NCBI GenBank assembly: GCA_039096225.1
Contig: JBBPEB010000014.1
Coordinates: 806,001-870,000, forward strand
Length of the DNA stretch: 64,000 nucleotides
Direction of reading: 5' to 3'
Source of the DNA: Blastocystis sp. Blastoise
Taxonomy: Eukaryota > Protista > Bigyra: Opalinata
Every line of letters starts with the position of its first letter. Position 1 is the stretch's first letter. The translations under genes and the position numbers were made by a program. The notes under the pieces are model-generated. The model was not told the origin of the DNA and did no database searches. It worked only from the letters and a program-made list of their open reading frames with translations. Positions 21,653-38,780 of this stretch are shown piece after piece.

Positions 21653-22207
21653 TTAAATCTTCTTCTTTATCTATATATCAACTATATAAATATATAATAA
21701 ATGATATGACATTTATTATTTTTATTTCTTTATTTTTTGTTTTATTTTGCTTTTTCGTCTATACTATTTTTATTACTAAATATATAATTTTTATATATTA
21801 ACTCTCTATGTTTTTTGTTTGTTTGTTAAATTTATTTGTGATGATATATACTATTTAATATAGTTATTTGTTACATATATATAATATATTTCTAGTTTTA
21901 TGATTCTATAAAAATTAATGATAACAGTTATTACAAATAAACTGATCAGTTTATCATTCTCTTTATATATTTAAAAACATAATACATTTTACATTCAATA
22001 GTATTCGTTTCAATTCTATATAAGAATAACAAAAGAATATAATTTTATAAATACTAATTACAAAACATGTAATTATTCTTCAATAAAAAAAAATATAATA
22101 TGATTATATAAACATCTAAAATGAAATATAATCAACGGTGAAATAGCATAAAAAATAATATGAAATGAATGAAGAAAGTGATTGACTATGAACAATGCAA
22201 TTATAAG

Positions 22208-22281
22208 GGTTGAATACAGATAAAAGGTTGAATACAGAATAAAGGTTGAATACAGATAAAAGGTTGAATTCAGATAAAAGG
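22208..22281. repeat. 18-bp minisatellite (GGTTGAATACAGATAAAA) x4 just past the 3' end of the Ig-domain gene
   Basis: Four head-to-tail copies with no spacers. Confidence 0.85.
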
Positions 22282-22322
22282 TATAATAAAATAGAATATT
22301 TATAAAATAAAAAGGAATATGT

Positions 22323-25300
22323 TTATGCTGATTGCTTAATAATTTGTGGAGCTGTAATACGACGGAGATTTGCAATCTCAATTCTATATATAGAATAGTA
22401 TATATATATTAGATATAAAAAATGAATAAAAAAAAATATATATATATAATAGATATATAAAAAAAGTATATAAAAAGTTAGAAAGCATTTAAATGAATTA
22501 TTTATTATAATATATATATACTTTCTTTTAGCATCAGTATGTTTATGGATGACAAGAATGGCAATAACAATAAGAATCAATATAACTGATAAAGGTAAGA
22601 AGACAATAAGGAATATACTAATACAACGTTCTTCTGTCTTATCCCAAATAATTCTATTTTCTTCATTAACAAAACATGTTTTACTCTTTGTACCAATATA
22701 TCCATTTCCACAAGGTAAAATAACAGATTCAGATATATTTGTAGCAGGATATATATCGATTGCTTCACATCTTCCTGGAAGTATACGTAGATATAAAGTA
22801 GTAGTAGTAGTATATTCAGGATTCTTAGCTGTTATTGTATATTCTAAAGTTTTAGTAAATACTTCAAGAGGGAAACCACTTATTGTTCCGGTTATTGTAT
22901 CAAATTGTATACCAGATGGAAGATCTATATAGAATAAATAAAATAATACTTATTATACACGATAATAATATCTATTTAATAGTATTTAGAAAAGCATGAA
23001 TAAAAAGATATTTATTATTATGATTCATATTAAAAATACATACCTCTATCAATTGAGAAAGAACTCACAATATTATTATAAGTAGGAGTAATATCTTGAA
23101 TAGTATTATAAGTATATAAAACATAAGTATCTTTAGAATATTTAAAGTCTGTTGGCTTTAAATAATGACAATTTTCTCTTTTTTCAACATCGAAATAAAG
23201 TCCATCACAATATCTATAGGAGAAGCCTGTGAAACCATTTCCACAATGAATATAACTATAAGCATGTTCTGCAACAGGAGGATATCCATCAATAGAATCA
23301 CAAAAACTGTAAGAATAAGGGCAATAAGAAAAAGAAAGATCTGAAATAGAATAAGAAGAAGATAATTCTGAATTAAAGAGAAGATGATAATAAGGAAATT
23401 GTAGAATACCCGCATAAAAAGGTATATATATATCTTTTGAATTAGATATTTCAATTTTATACTATATATATATATATTAGTATTTAAAGAAATTCATTAA
23501 ATGAAATATATAAATGAAAGTTATAAGTAAAAAATAATAATTGATTTAGTATCAATAGATAATAATAATCTATACATAATAATAATAATATATACATAAT
23601 AATAATAATACAGACTAAAAAAAAATAAATAAAACTATTAAAAAAATAATGAATTGAATAAAAAATAAATAAATAATTCATACATTATCTAATAATAGCA
23701 TCCATTCTCCATCTATTGTTGGTTTTCCATATATAGTAATTGTTTCTGGTGGTTTCTGTGTTCCTGTAGTAAGATGAATACTATTAATATATAATCCTTG
23801 TTCTTCTGTAAAAGCAACATATATATCTGGATTAGAAAGAGATGAATAGGTATAATAATCACGATCAAAGATACTATCTAATAGTGGAGAAGCTACGAAT
23901 GATTCTTTAATACTATAACTAAATGAATTAATATAAGATGCACATATATCAGTTGAATAGTGAGAATGAATATCAATAAGAACTTCTTCTTGTGGATTCT
24001 CAAAAAGTAATTGAATACCTATACTATTATTCTGAGTACGAATAGGTTTTCCTTGTAATATAAATGTAAATGTATGTTTCCTATTAATATGTTCTTCTGA
24101 TGTATATACTAATTGCTTATTGATATATACAGAAGGAGAACCAGAAGTAGTAAGAATAAAATCAATAGATGAATGTGATTCTAATGATTCTAAGCTGAAC
24201 TATATATAAATTAATGTAGAAATATATATACATATATATAATGAATTATAAAAATAAAATAATTTGTTATGAAATAAATATATAAAGTATATACAATAGA
24301 TCGAATATAAATAATTCGTTTCTTATTTCCTTGAATAATATTATCGTTAGCAATAGTCCATGTTGTTAAATTATCTTTAAGATTTAACCAATCCTCTTGA
24401 ATAGAATCTGTAGTTTTATAATATAATATAGATTTTGGTGTATTCACTGGTTGTATAACTTCAATATCTTCAGAATATATAGATTCAGTTGAAGTTATAG
24501 GTGCACTCTTTACTACATAGGATGAAGGATAATACATCGTATAACCAAAAGGATAATCATATCGATCGCGAAAACCAGCTACAAGTTTTAGTAATATATT
24601 TGTATCATCATTACAGAAAGAATAAAGTCGAGATAATATTAATTCTTTATTTGGAGGTAAATAACTATAATAAAAATGATAATATATATATATATATATT
24701 GTTATACGATAATGAAGGAAAAAAATATATAAAGATGTCTAAATAACATTTTATGAATAAATAATAAATAAAAAATACATAAAAAGAAAGAAAGAAATCA
24801 AATGAATAGCCAATATATATATATATATATATATACGTATCTTTGTAAAAGTCATTTATACTATTTTCATGTATTCCACTTGTGCCATGAGCCATATCTA
24901 TAGCGATATTTATATCATGTTTATCAAAATAATAATAGAATATCATAGAGAGTAGATTAGAACCTTTAGGACAATTATAAATAGTAATAGTAACAATAGT
25001 AGATACAGTAGATCCATCATAAGATAATGCTGTAATAGTATAATTTGTAGTTGGTGCATCTACAGCAGGAAGTCCCGTGATTATTCCTGTATTTGGGTTA
25101 ATAGAAATACCTTCAGGAAGTGGAGGAAGAGAAGAATAATGTTTATATATAGTTGTATAAGGAGATAATTTTTGAATATATACACCAACATAACCAGTAA
25201 CACCAGTTTTATCATAAGTAAGTTCAACTTGACGTTCCATAGGATTTTCAACAAATAATTCGATTTCTTTTAAATTATAAGAACTTTGACCATAATTTGT

Positions 25301-28300
25301 GATATCAATAAATTGATATTCATTATAGAGACGACGCTCAGATACAGGTATTAAGTATATATAACGTTTTGGAGAAGAAAGAAGACTATAATAAGTCATA
25401 TTATGAATGACTTCCCACAAGGATGATGTCGATCTACCCTCATAATTATATCTTCCCATGAATACCCAAGATCTAGGTATATCACTTGTTGAATATATAT
25501 CAGCTATTAAACTATACCCTGTAAGAGTACTAAATCTATATATAGTTATAGATATAGTTATAGTTATTGTATGATAAATAGTTTATGGTCTTATTTATTG
25601 AATATGAATAATAATTATAAGTATAATAATGAAATGAATTATTATTATTATTATAAGTAAAAAAAAATAATACAATAATAATAATACTATACTCATCATT
25701 TTTCGAGAGGATAGAGATGGTATTTTGATCAGGATATGATTTACTAACTGCAGTATCATAATCATGATCATAATAACCAGCTTCTTTATAATCAGCATTA
25801 TACGAAGTTATAGCATCCCTTGTGGCTATTATATATATATATATAGATTAAATACAGTAGATATAAATAAGATATGAATCATAGAGATAATATATATATG
25901 ATAAATAATAAATACAAGTTTCTATAACTCGAAGTAGAATTTGAAAGTAATTCGTTGTATTTAATGATTTTGGTGGAGTATGAAGAACAGCAATAATATT
26001 TGAACCCGATTTGAAATAACGAGAAGATATTGTTATTCTATATATATATGTTATATATATATATATATATATAACATATATATATAACATATATATATAA
26101 CATATTATATATACCTTCTGTAAATAATAGAAGAATAATCACTTGTTGATGTTGAGTCTACAGTTATTGTACTAAATAAAATTATATATAAATAAATTAT
26201 ATATGTAATATAATAAACTAATATATCTATACTCATTGACTTTATTTCTCCATACTTCATTTCCATTAATATATAGAATAGTTCCAGTCATCGTATAGAA
26301 GAAGAATTCATAAGAACCATAAAGAGATACAGTAGTAAGAGTAATACTAGTTCTATAGAGATTTATAGAAGAAGGAGTTGGTGAATCATTTAGAATAACA
26401 TTATTCCAACGGGAATCATCAAAAGACTCTGAATACCATCCTTCAGGGATAGATCCATATAAAGAATGGAAAGAAGACCCATAGGGAAGAATAAAGGAAG
26501 CTATAATATATATATAGTATTTATGAATATTATTCTAATAATAATTATATAAATTATTTATATATATATACTATCAAAAGTAAATATATAGTTTTCTTTT
26601 TCATTATAATGATATTTCCCTAAAAGTATATATTGTGAATAATTAATATCTTTAGTATCTAACGGTTGAATAGGTTGAGGGGCATAATGAATAAGAATAT
26701 AAGAATCAGTATCATAATTAGAAGAAGAAAGACTATATATAGATTATTATACTAAAATATTATTATAATATATATATATATATATAGAATCATATATGAT
26801 GATGATTATAATAGAATGAAATACATAAATAGGAATAATATAAAAATATTAATGAAAATGAGTTTAATAAATATAAAATAGCATATATATATATACTTAT
26901 GAGGACTGAGATTTAATGTGAATAATCCAGTAGCAGCACATAAATGATAGCGAACTCCATACTGTATATATATATATATATAATAATCATAAAATTAGTA
27001 TATAAATATTTATATACAATAGATGCAAAATCAATATAAGGTTGTTGTTCATAAATAATATCATTATTCTTATTATAAAGAATAGCGGATTCTGTATTTT
27101 GTTTAGAAGCACTTAAGCGTTGATAACGATCCAGAATAAGTCGACTTCCTTGGCATTCTATGGAGTATAAGATGATATAGTATATATATGCATATTGTAA
27201 TTATCATAAATGGAAGACAAAAGTGATACAATAGAGAGAGTATAAAAAAGTTGATATATAGAGAAGAAAATGTATATACATGAATCTAATTATTTAAAAT
27301 ATAATATATATAAATAAGGATATACCAGAAACAGAGAGAGTTAATTGAACTTCATAATGAAAAGGAGATGATGCGATAATAGAATAAACAGAAGCAGACT
27401 GAAGCTGAGTTGGCTATATATATAAATAAAAAACAGAGTTAAAATATAAATAAAAATATAAATATAAATATAAATAATAATAAAAATAAAAAATAAAAAT
27501 AGTAATGATAATATAGAATAACCAATATATATATATACTGTTCCTGAAATATATCCATTTAGCGGATCAATAGAGATTCCTGGGAGTAATTCAGGATTTG
27601 TAGTAAATTGTGAATATCCATAAATAATAGGTTTAATAGTAGTAATAGGAATATCTTTAGTAAATGTATAAAGGAATGAAGGAGAAGAAGGATAAATAGA
27701 AGAGGAAGTAGATAGAGGAGAAGGAATAGAACATGTAAGATAATGTATATCTTGTAAAGAAGTTTTTGTAGTACTACTAGCAATCTCTATATATGAATAG
27801 AATATAGTATATATATGTATTTGTACTATATATATATTTCAAAATATATATATAAATTTATTTACTATAAATATATATATCTTATAAGTATATACTTAAA
27901 TTAGTGAATTTTATTTGTTTTAAAGCATTTGAGTTAGCATATAAATTATAAAAACGATAATAACTAACAACACTATAATGAATCATTTTAGAAAGAAGAG
28001 AAAAGTCATTTGATTCGTCGGTTGATCCTTCGATAGTCCATGACTCAGGTTGCTCATTATAATATATAAATGTATAAAAACGATAGGCATTTATATTTAT
28101 ATATCTATATATATATAGAATTGATTTTTGCTCTTTAAATATAAAAAAAGATAAAAATACATTATAAAATATAAAATTATTAAAAAAAAAAATACAAAAA
28201 TATAAGAATTATAATATATATATAACAGATAAAACATATCTATCGACTGCATTTAAATACAATAAAAACAATATATATATATACTCATTCTTAGGAAATA

Positions 28301-29758
28301 TAATAGTGACAGAGTTATTGACTGTAGCGTCTGAGTGATACCAGGTATATAATAAATAATCAAATAAGTTCGATGCTGTCTTCTCAGTAGGTGATGAAGT
28401 AACATCATATTTATTAATAGTAGAAGCGCATTCTATAAGAAATAGAAATAGGAGATAAATAAGAAAATTATAATTGAAATATAGGATTGAATTATAACAG
28501 AATTCTAAAAAAAATATTTTTATAAATATAAATACTTTGATTTTCTTCATTAGCATAATAGAGTGTCATATAAAGATCAATAATTGAGGAAGGAGTAGAA
28601 AAAGAAGAAGAAGAAGCAGGACTTTCTACACATATAGAAAGAAGATTCGACTTCTTTAAATAATACATTGGAAATGTAAGTCTAATAAAAATAGATATAT
28701 ATAGAATATATATATATATACTTTAAATAATCATATATATTATTTCTACTCCTATAAAAATAAGATATTAAATAATAATAATAATATATATATAATCATA
28801 AAAACGGTTTTAAATAGCATACATGTATCCTTTCCAAATAAATTGATCATTGATGTATATAGTAATATTTCCATTAAATGCCATAAATAGAGAGAACGCA
28901 GCATATATAGATAAATCAGAAATACTGAATGTTTTACGATAATATTGAATTGCTTGCATATTTTCGACAGTTGAATTCTGTTGAATTGAACTGAATTCAG
29001 TAGCAGGATAATCTTCTTTATACCATATTTCAGGTACAGATTGTTCTGTATATACTATTTGTGAATCTTTAGTAATAGGTTTTTCCACTAGTAAAGAAGA
29101 AAGATAGTATATTATAGTAGTGTAATAAGTACATTATATATAAATATTTATAATAAAGAAGTATCTATAATTATTAATAATATAATTTTTATAGACTTAT
29201 CAAATATTTTTTATTCATAATATAATTTTTATAGAGTTATTCATATAATTATAAATATTCATTTAATAATAACTATATAAAAGAGACAATAATTTTCTTA
29301 AACAGACATACATGAAAAATGAATAATTTGTTGTGGTTGTATAACAGCTACTTGAAATTTTAATACCATAGAGTTATATTCATCATATATTGCTATATAG
29401 CTATCATATCTATCTCTATAGAAGAATAACACAATTAAAAAAAGAAAAAAAAGTTTACCTTGGCTTAAAAGCAATATCATAAAGTAATGATTCAGTCCTA
29501 GGAATTGTCAAAGAGTCATAAAGTGGGACATTCGTTTTCGTACAAGAAGAAGTCCACAAAATTTGTGTTCCATTCGCATACTCTCCAGAAAGAACAAATT
29601 TATCATACGGACTAAAACAGGAAAACTCTACATTTATATTCACAAGATTTTCTTGGACTTCCACACCAAGTGTTACACCTAATTGTACATTATGGTAATA
29701 AAAATATGATAATACTTATTAATAAGCAAATATTTAATAAAAATAGCATGTTTGCCAT
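22323..29758 (-). CDS. Large type I membrane protein with putative Ig (He_PIG) domains, galactose-binding-like domains and Cys-rich modules
   Basis: Signal peptide MLFLLNICLLISVTLG. He_PIG-like LPEGISINPNTGIITGLP and PSGIQFDTITGTISG. WY...YYRKTF...IYIN jelly-roll segments. C-x-GNGYIG modules. TM segment IFLIVFLPLSVILILIVIAILVI and a short tail. Confidence 0.8.
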
Positions 29759-29968
29759 ATTTTTATCCTATTCAACGAACGAATGTGAATGTTATATTTG
29801 TTTTTATATCTGGGGAAAAGATTCGTCTAATAGCATCATGAAACGACTCTAATTATCTCACAATTGTAATAATCTAATTTTCCATGAATAAAAACATAGC
29901 ATTCAGTTTAAAATACATAATTTTCGTGAGAAATCAAAACGAAGACAAACATAATAAAACGAAAAATT

Positions 29969-30040
29969 GGGCCTACCCGGGAATCGAACCCGGGACCTCT
30001 CGCACCCTAAGCGAGAATCATACCACTAGACCAGCAGGCC
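29969..30040 (-). tRNA. tRNA-Pro (anticodon AGG)
   Basis: GGCCTGCTGGTCTAGTGGTATGATTCTCGCTTAGGGTGCGAGAGGTCCCGGGTTCGATTCCCGGGTAGGCCC folds into a cloverleaf with A and B boxes; TTTTT terminator follows. Confidence 0.97.
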
Positions 30041-30604
30041 TCTGTTATTTGCATAACTTTTTTTATTAGAAATAGCACAAGTCCTTGATGCATAATTGTA
30101 AAGACACTTTGTTTTCATATAATGGATTCAGATATTTAAGATCAACAGTAGAGATAGCGCTGTGTCAGTTTTTTTATGTTAAAAAGCATACAGAAAAAAT
30201 GAATTCAGTGTTTACAAGTATTAATATGTCCTAGATACATATAAATATATGTTTATTATAGATACAATATTAGCTAGGTATGTTAAATAGTAGCTGATTC
30301 AAATAAAAACGTTGATTTTCATAAAAATTTGATTGATTTTTCTGAATTAATTGATTACAAGCATGTAAAAATTGAATGATAACAACAATTTCATACATAT
30401 AAACTACAAGAATCGATAAGCCAATTAGAAAAACAGTATTTTCAAAGAATTGTTGATTTTTTTTCAGTTTAATCGAATACTACATAATCAAATATTGAAA
30501 AGTGAAGATTCATCTGAATTTGGCTGAGAAGTAAGTTTTCAAAAAAATATTTTTTTTGTTATTTCTTTTCTGGTATTAAGAAAAAAAGAAATTATTTCCT
30601 CATT

Positions 30605-32812
30605 ATGGAACTTTCAAAGATATCAAAGAATGGGTTAATAAAATTACTGGAAGAAATTAAAGATCAAGTGAATCCTCGTAAGTTGTTCCTTTTATCACAT
30701 ATATTCCTCCGTAAATAGAGGTTTTATCAACTGCTTACAATAAGATATCTCAGGAATATCAACTTGAGGGTCCTTCACCAAATAAAAGACCAATGGAAGG
30801 TATGTTATGAGAATTTATATTTGATATATTATATACAAAGTGTCTACAGACATGACACCAGAGAATTCAGGTAAGAAAGTAAAAAAGAATCGTCCATTTG
30901 ATTTTTCTCGTTATCACCAGCGACACGTTGCTTTTCATGTATTATATGATGGTTCTAGTTATCAAGGGTTTGCAGATCAGCAAGTTACTGAAGAAAATAA
31001 GAATTCAAATTATATCGAAAGAGAATTATTTAAAGCATTTCAAAAAGTAAAATTGATTGAAGATCGTAATACGTGTAATTATAGTCGTAGTGGACGAACA
31101 GACGCAGGAGTCAGTGCCTTTGGACAAGTATATATATAATATAATTATTGAATGTTTTATTCTAAATAATTGTTTTTTTATTGTTGATTATATAAACACG
31201 AGTATATATTTAAAGTATTGTTTTATTTATGTTATATATATATTAAATATCTTTTTCTCTTTATTATTATCATCATATATATAGGTTATATCTATAAATG
31301 TTCGTTCAAATCTTCGAAGTAATGTAGAATTTGTTGATGACAATCAGGAAAATGAGACAAACCCACAATCAACCGATAATTCCCGTGGAAATATTGATAT
31401 TCAAAAGAAAAATCAAGATATTATTCAAACACTTGAAGAATTAGATTATCCATGTGTATATATAATAATTATTATATATAATAGATTTTAATTATATATA
31501 ATTATTATATTTAATTTAATTTATATATATCATTATTATATTTGATAGAATCTAATATATATATATAATTATTATATTTAATTTAGTTTATATATATAAT
31601 TATTATATTTAATAAAATGAAATATATAGATATTAAATAAAGTTCTTCCTGCTGATATACGTATTGATGGATGGTGTCCAGTTCCGCGGGAATTTGATGC
31701 TCGATTTAGTTGTAAGTCTCGTGTGTATCGTTATTTTTTTATTAAACGAAATCTTGATATAGAAAAAATGAACGATGGTTGCCAGTATTTTATTGGTGAA
31801 CATGATTTTAGAAACGTTTGCAAAATAGATATTATTAATGTGCATCATTTCATTCGAACAATTCTATTGGCTCATATCATTACTATTCGTGAAGATCCAC
31901 TATATCCGTACATTTTTATATTTATTCTTTATAATCATTAATATATATATATATTAATATATATAGTGAAGAATCCGTCATGGCATTTGAAATCGAAGGA
32001 AGAGGATTTTTATGGCATCAAGTATATATAAGAAATATTTATAATTATAATATATGTTATATATATTTTAATGATTTATAGCATCATTATATCTTATTAA
32101 TATAATTACTCTATACCTATGTATATATATATAGGTTCGTTGTATGGTAGCATTATTATTTCATGTGGGAGCAGGAAAAGAAGAACCAGAAGTATTATTA
32201 TTATTTTTAATTATTCTATTGTTTATGATTATCATTTCTTTTTTTATTACATGCAATCTATATTTTTATATTATTATGATTATACCTAGTATATCTATAT
32301 TATATAATAATTATAGCTAATAGAGTCCCTTTTAGATATTCAGAAACACCCTGAAAAACCTCATTATATGATGGCCGATCCGTCACCTCTCTGTTTATTT
32401 GAATGTAAATATGATTTAAAAGAATGTAATTTTGAAAATACATTATCTGAAAAAGCAAGACTTGATTTATGTATTTATATATATACATATTTTATAATGT
32501 TATCTCTTATTTTTTATTTTATTCATCATGTTTTATTATATGTGTATATATTCACATAAATAAATAAAATATGAAATATATATATATGTATGTATTTATA
32601 TATATATATATTCACATAAATAAATAAAATATGAAATATATATATATATGTATATATTCACATAAATAAATAAAATATGATAAATAAAATATGATATATA
32701 TATGTATATATATAGTACTTCATTATGAGAATCGATGGGCTACTTCAGCATTAAATCACATTCGACTTGAAGATCCTCTTAAACGACTTATACAACAAAC
32801 TAAAACACTCTA

Positions 32813-32851
<39 letters not shown>

Positions 32852-33269
32852 CATGGATTTTATTATTCTATATACAATTATATTGCTATATATATTATTA
32901 TATAATTATGGATCTTATTATTTTATATATTATTATAACCTTATATATATAGTCCAGGTCCTCCTGCTTTCTATACACCTCCAATTGATTATAAATATAT
33001 ATTTAGAAATCATCAACCTATCTTATCAAGAAAAACGGAAAGTATTTTTTTTTATTCTATTTTCTTTAAATCTATTTTATATTATTTTATTTTATTATAT
33101 ATATATAGTATCTTATGAGGATAAAATTCGTAATTTAACAGGTGCTTCACTTGAAAAACTAGAAAAACAAATAAATAAAAAACCTCTATCTTCTCAACAA
33201 ATCTTACCTGATATATTGAAAGAAAAACTAAATATCAGTCCAAGAAATTGTGATGAAGATGATGAATAA
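30605..33269 (+). CDS. PUS3: tRNA pseudouridine(38/39) synthase (TruA family)
   Basis: RPFDFSRYHQRHVAF, YSRSGRTDAGVSAFGQV (catalytic Asp), FDARFSCKSRVYRYFF, GEHDFRN, GFLWHQVRCM and KPHYMMA. Confidence 0.93.
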
Positions 33270-33834
33270 ATCATATATCTATATATATATTTTTATTTGA
33301 ATAAATTATATAATTTAACGAACTTTATTTTTTTTTCATTTTAATTTTTATAGTGTCTCTTTTTCTTTGAATTATATATATTTTTATCATATATATATTA
33401 ATAATATTATATAAATAACACTTTCTTTATATATGTACTTGTTCACAATATTTATTCTTTTTAAGGGCTCTACTATATATATAGACTTTTTATTATTTTT
33501 TTACATATCATTATCTATCTATATATACAATACTTTTATTATTCATGAGATTCTCATATAAAGTATATGTCATGATTTTAATTCTAAATGTTAGTTTTTT
33601 GTTCAAATTATGAAATAATTAGAACTTTTTATTATTTTTGCAATAATAAATAATATATAAGTCTTTATTACTGTTAATATATATAATTTTTATATCACTA
33701 ATAAAAAAAAAGATAAGTATTACGAATAAGTCGATTATTTATAGAGAATTATTCTATAAAAAAATAAACAATAGCAAACAAACAATTTTTTAAAAAAACA
33801 CATAACACGAATAAGACATAAACTTTAAAAGTAA

Positions 33835-35954
<2,120 letters not shown>

Positions 35955-36192
35955 AGAGAGAAATGGTCTATCTAAATAACTATAGTAAATAAACCAAATA
36001 AAGCTTTATTATGGTATGAAACAAAGAAAAATATGGCTTTATTCATTATATTCTTGAACAAATCATTTTTTTGAATGCATTTGTCATGTGTTTCCACGAT
36101 TCTGATTTGACCTCATATTAATTGTAGGAAACTGCTTTTTCATTTTAAAACTCTTTTTAGACACTCTAAAAGACTTTGTTTGCTATTGAAAT

Positions 36193-37018
36193 ATGTTAAC
36201 TTCAATAAGTAGAATTGCGTCGTATGTATTCAATAGTTTTTAATAATAAACGAGAAATGGATTGTTATTCAATATTTGTTTTTTTGTTTAGAAAGTCAAG
36301 TAGTGTACGCTGTATAGTACGTATGATGTCTACAGAGACAAATTACGATGTTATTGTCGTTGGTGGTGGACATGCAGGAATTGAAGCAGCTGCAGCTTGT
36401 TCAAGAATGGGTTGTAATACGTTATTAGCTACTACAAATTTAAAGACTATTGGTGAGATGTCTTGTAATGTAAGTTTTCTTTGTAGATTGTTTTTTATTT
36501 CTTGAAATACTTCTTTTTTTTAATTATAATTTGTAAACAACATAGCCATCTATGGGTGGGATTGGTAAAGGACATCTTATGCGTGAGATCGATGCTTTTG
36601 ATGGTTTAATTGCAAGAATGTCTGATAAAGCAGGTATACAATATAGAGTTTTAAATGCCAGTAAAGGAGCAGCTGTTCAAGGTCCACGTGCTCAAATAGA
36701 TAGAGATCAATATAGTTTTTTTATTCAGAGAGAATTATTTAATATGGATTTATCTATTAAAGAAATAAGAGTAGATGTATGTATTCATATAATTATACAT
36801 TTTTATGATTATTCTATGATACTAGGAGTATAAGTATACTAATGTTTCTATAGAGTCTAGATATAGATGATAATAATACAATTAAAGGCATTATTACTAG
36901 TCAAGGAGAACATATAACAGCAAAGAAAGTATATATATTATTAATAATAAGTATTCTATATATATATATATAGGTGATATTAACTACAGGAACATTTCTT
37001 GGAGGTACTCTTCATATT

Positions 37019-37068
<50 letters not shown>

Positions 37069-38151
37069 ATGTTCATATATAGGATCTCATGTTGATAATG
37101 GAGGGAGATATAAAGTATTATATATATTTATTATTATTATATATATTTATTATTATTATAGAGAGATGTTCTTGATATTGATACTTCATCTCCATCTCTA
37201 TCGGATATACTTAAGAAATACATGAAGATCTATAGATATACCACAGGTAATACATATATACTTATTCTTATATATATATATATAGGTACACCTGCTCGTT
37301 TAGATAAAGAAACTATTGATTATTCTGTTCTACAAAGACAAGAGTCTGATGATCCCCCAGTTCCTTTTTCTTTTCTTTCTCTTTATAATAATATTCCCGT
37401 AAATAATATATCACGTTTATTACCTTGTCATATTACTTATACAAATCAAAGTATATCTATTTTTATTTATATTATATTATATTTTATTATATTGTATATA
37501 TATATAATTATTATTTATTTAATACTTATATATATGTATAGATACTCATCATATTGTAGCTAGTCATCGTGACCTTCTCCCTCACTTCACTGGCGCCGGC
37601 GGGAAAGGCCGAGGACCACGATATTGCCCGTCAATTGAAAAGAAAATTATTCGATTCCCAGATAAGAAGGAACACATGGTATATATATATATTATTATAT
37701 TTATTATGAATAGATGTAGTAAAATGAATAGTATAAATCTTTTGTTTTTATATATTTTATATTGTTCTATTATTCATCATATTGTAAATTATTTATAAAT
37801 TATTATTGTTTATTTATATATCCTTATTCTATAATAATAGCAATATATATATATATATATAGATATGGTTAGAGCCCGAAGGATTACAGTCTCCCTGTAT
37901 ATATCCGAATGGATTAGCTACAGCTTTCCCTGCGGATGTTCAAATCGATATACTTAGAAGCATGAAGGTAGATATATAGTTTATTATATTATATTATATT
38001 ATATTATATTATATTGTATATATATAGGGTTTAGAGAATGTTCGAATGATTCGTCCTGGATATGCAGTAGAGTATGATTATGTACCTGCACGATATATAT
38101 ATAAAACATATGAAAATAAAGAAATTCATTCTTTATATATATATATATATA

Positions 38152-38225
<74 letters not shown>

Positions 38226-38741
38226 GATATACAGCAGGACAAATAAATGGAACAACAGGATATGAAGAGGCTGCTGCTCAAGGTTTAATGGCTGGTATAA
38301 ATGCATGTCTTTCTATTAAGGGTCAATCACCCCTAATTCTTGATCGTTCTCAAGCCTTCTTAGGGGTATATATATAGACTATTATTATTACATATATAGA
38401 CTATTATTATTACATATATAGACTATTATTATTATATATATAGACTATTATTATTACATATATAGACTATTATTATTATATATATAGACTATTATTATTA
38501 TATATATAGACTATTATTATTATATATAGACTATTATTATAATGTATATATATATAGGTATTAACAGATGATATAACACAGACCTATATTGAGGATCGAG
38601 AAGTAGAAGAAGGAGGAGGTAGAGAACCTTATCGAATGTTCACTTCCCGCGGGGAATACAGACTTACACTAAGAAGTGTATATACTTTATTATTATATAC
38701 ATATATTATTTACTCTTTATAATATCATCAATTATATTATT

Positions 38742-38780
<39 letters not shown>

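Noticed and set aside
22208-22281. Short direct repeats as a CRISPR array (also 48595-48770)
   Set aside because: There are no unique spacers or cas genes and the context is eukaryotic; these are simple minisatellites.
29966-29971. Genomically encoded CCA on the tRNA
   Set aside because: The C residues belong to the acceptor stem and discriminator; the sequence after the discriminator is AATTTTT.
29884-30069. 61-aa ORF
   Set aside because: It is the antisense reading of the tRNA-Pro gene.
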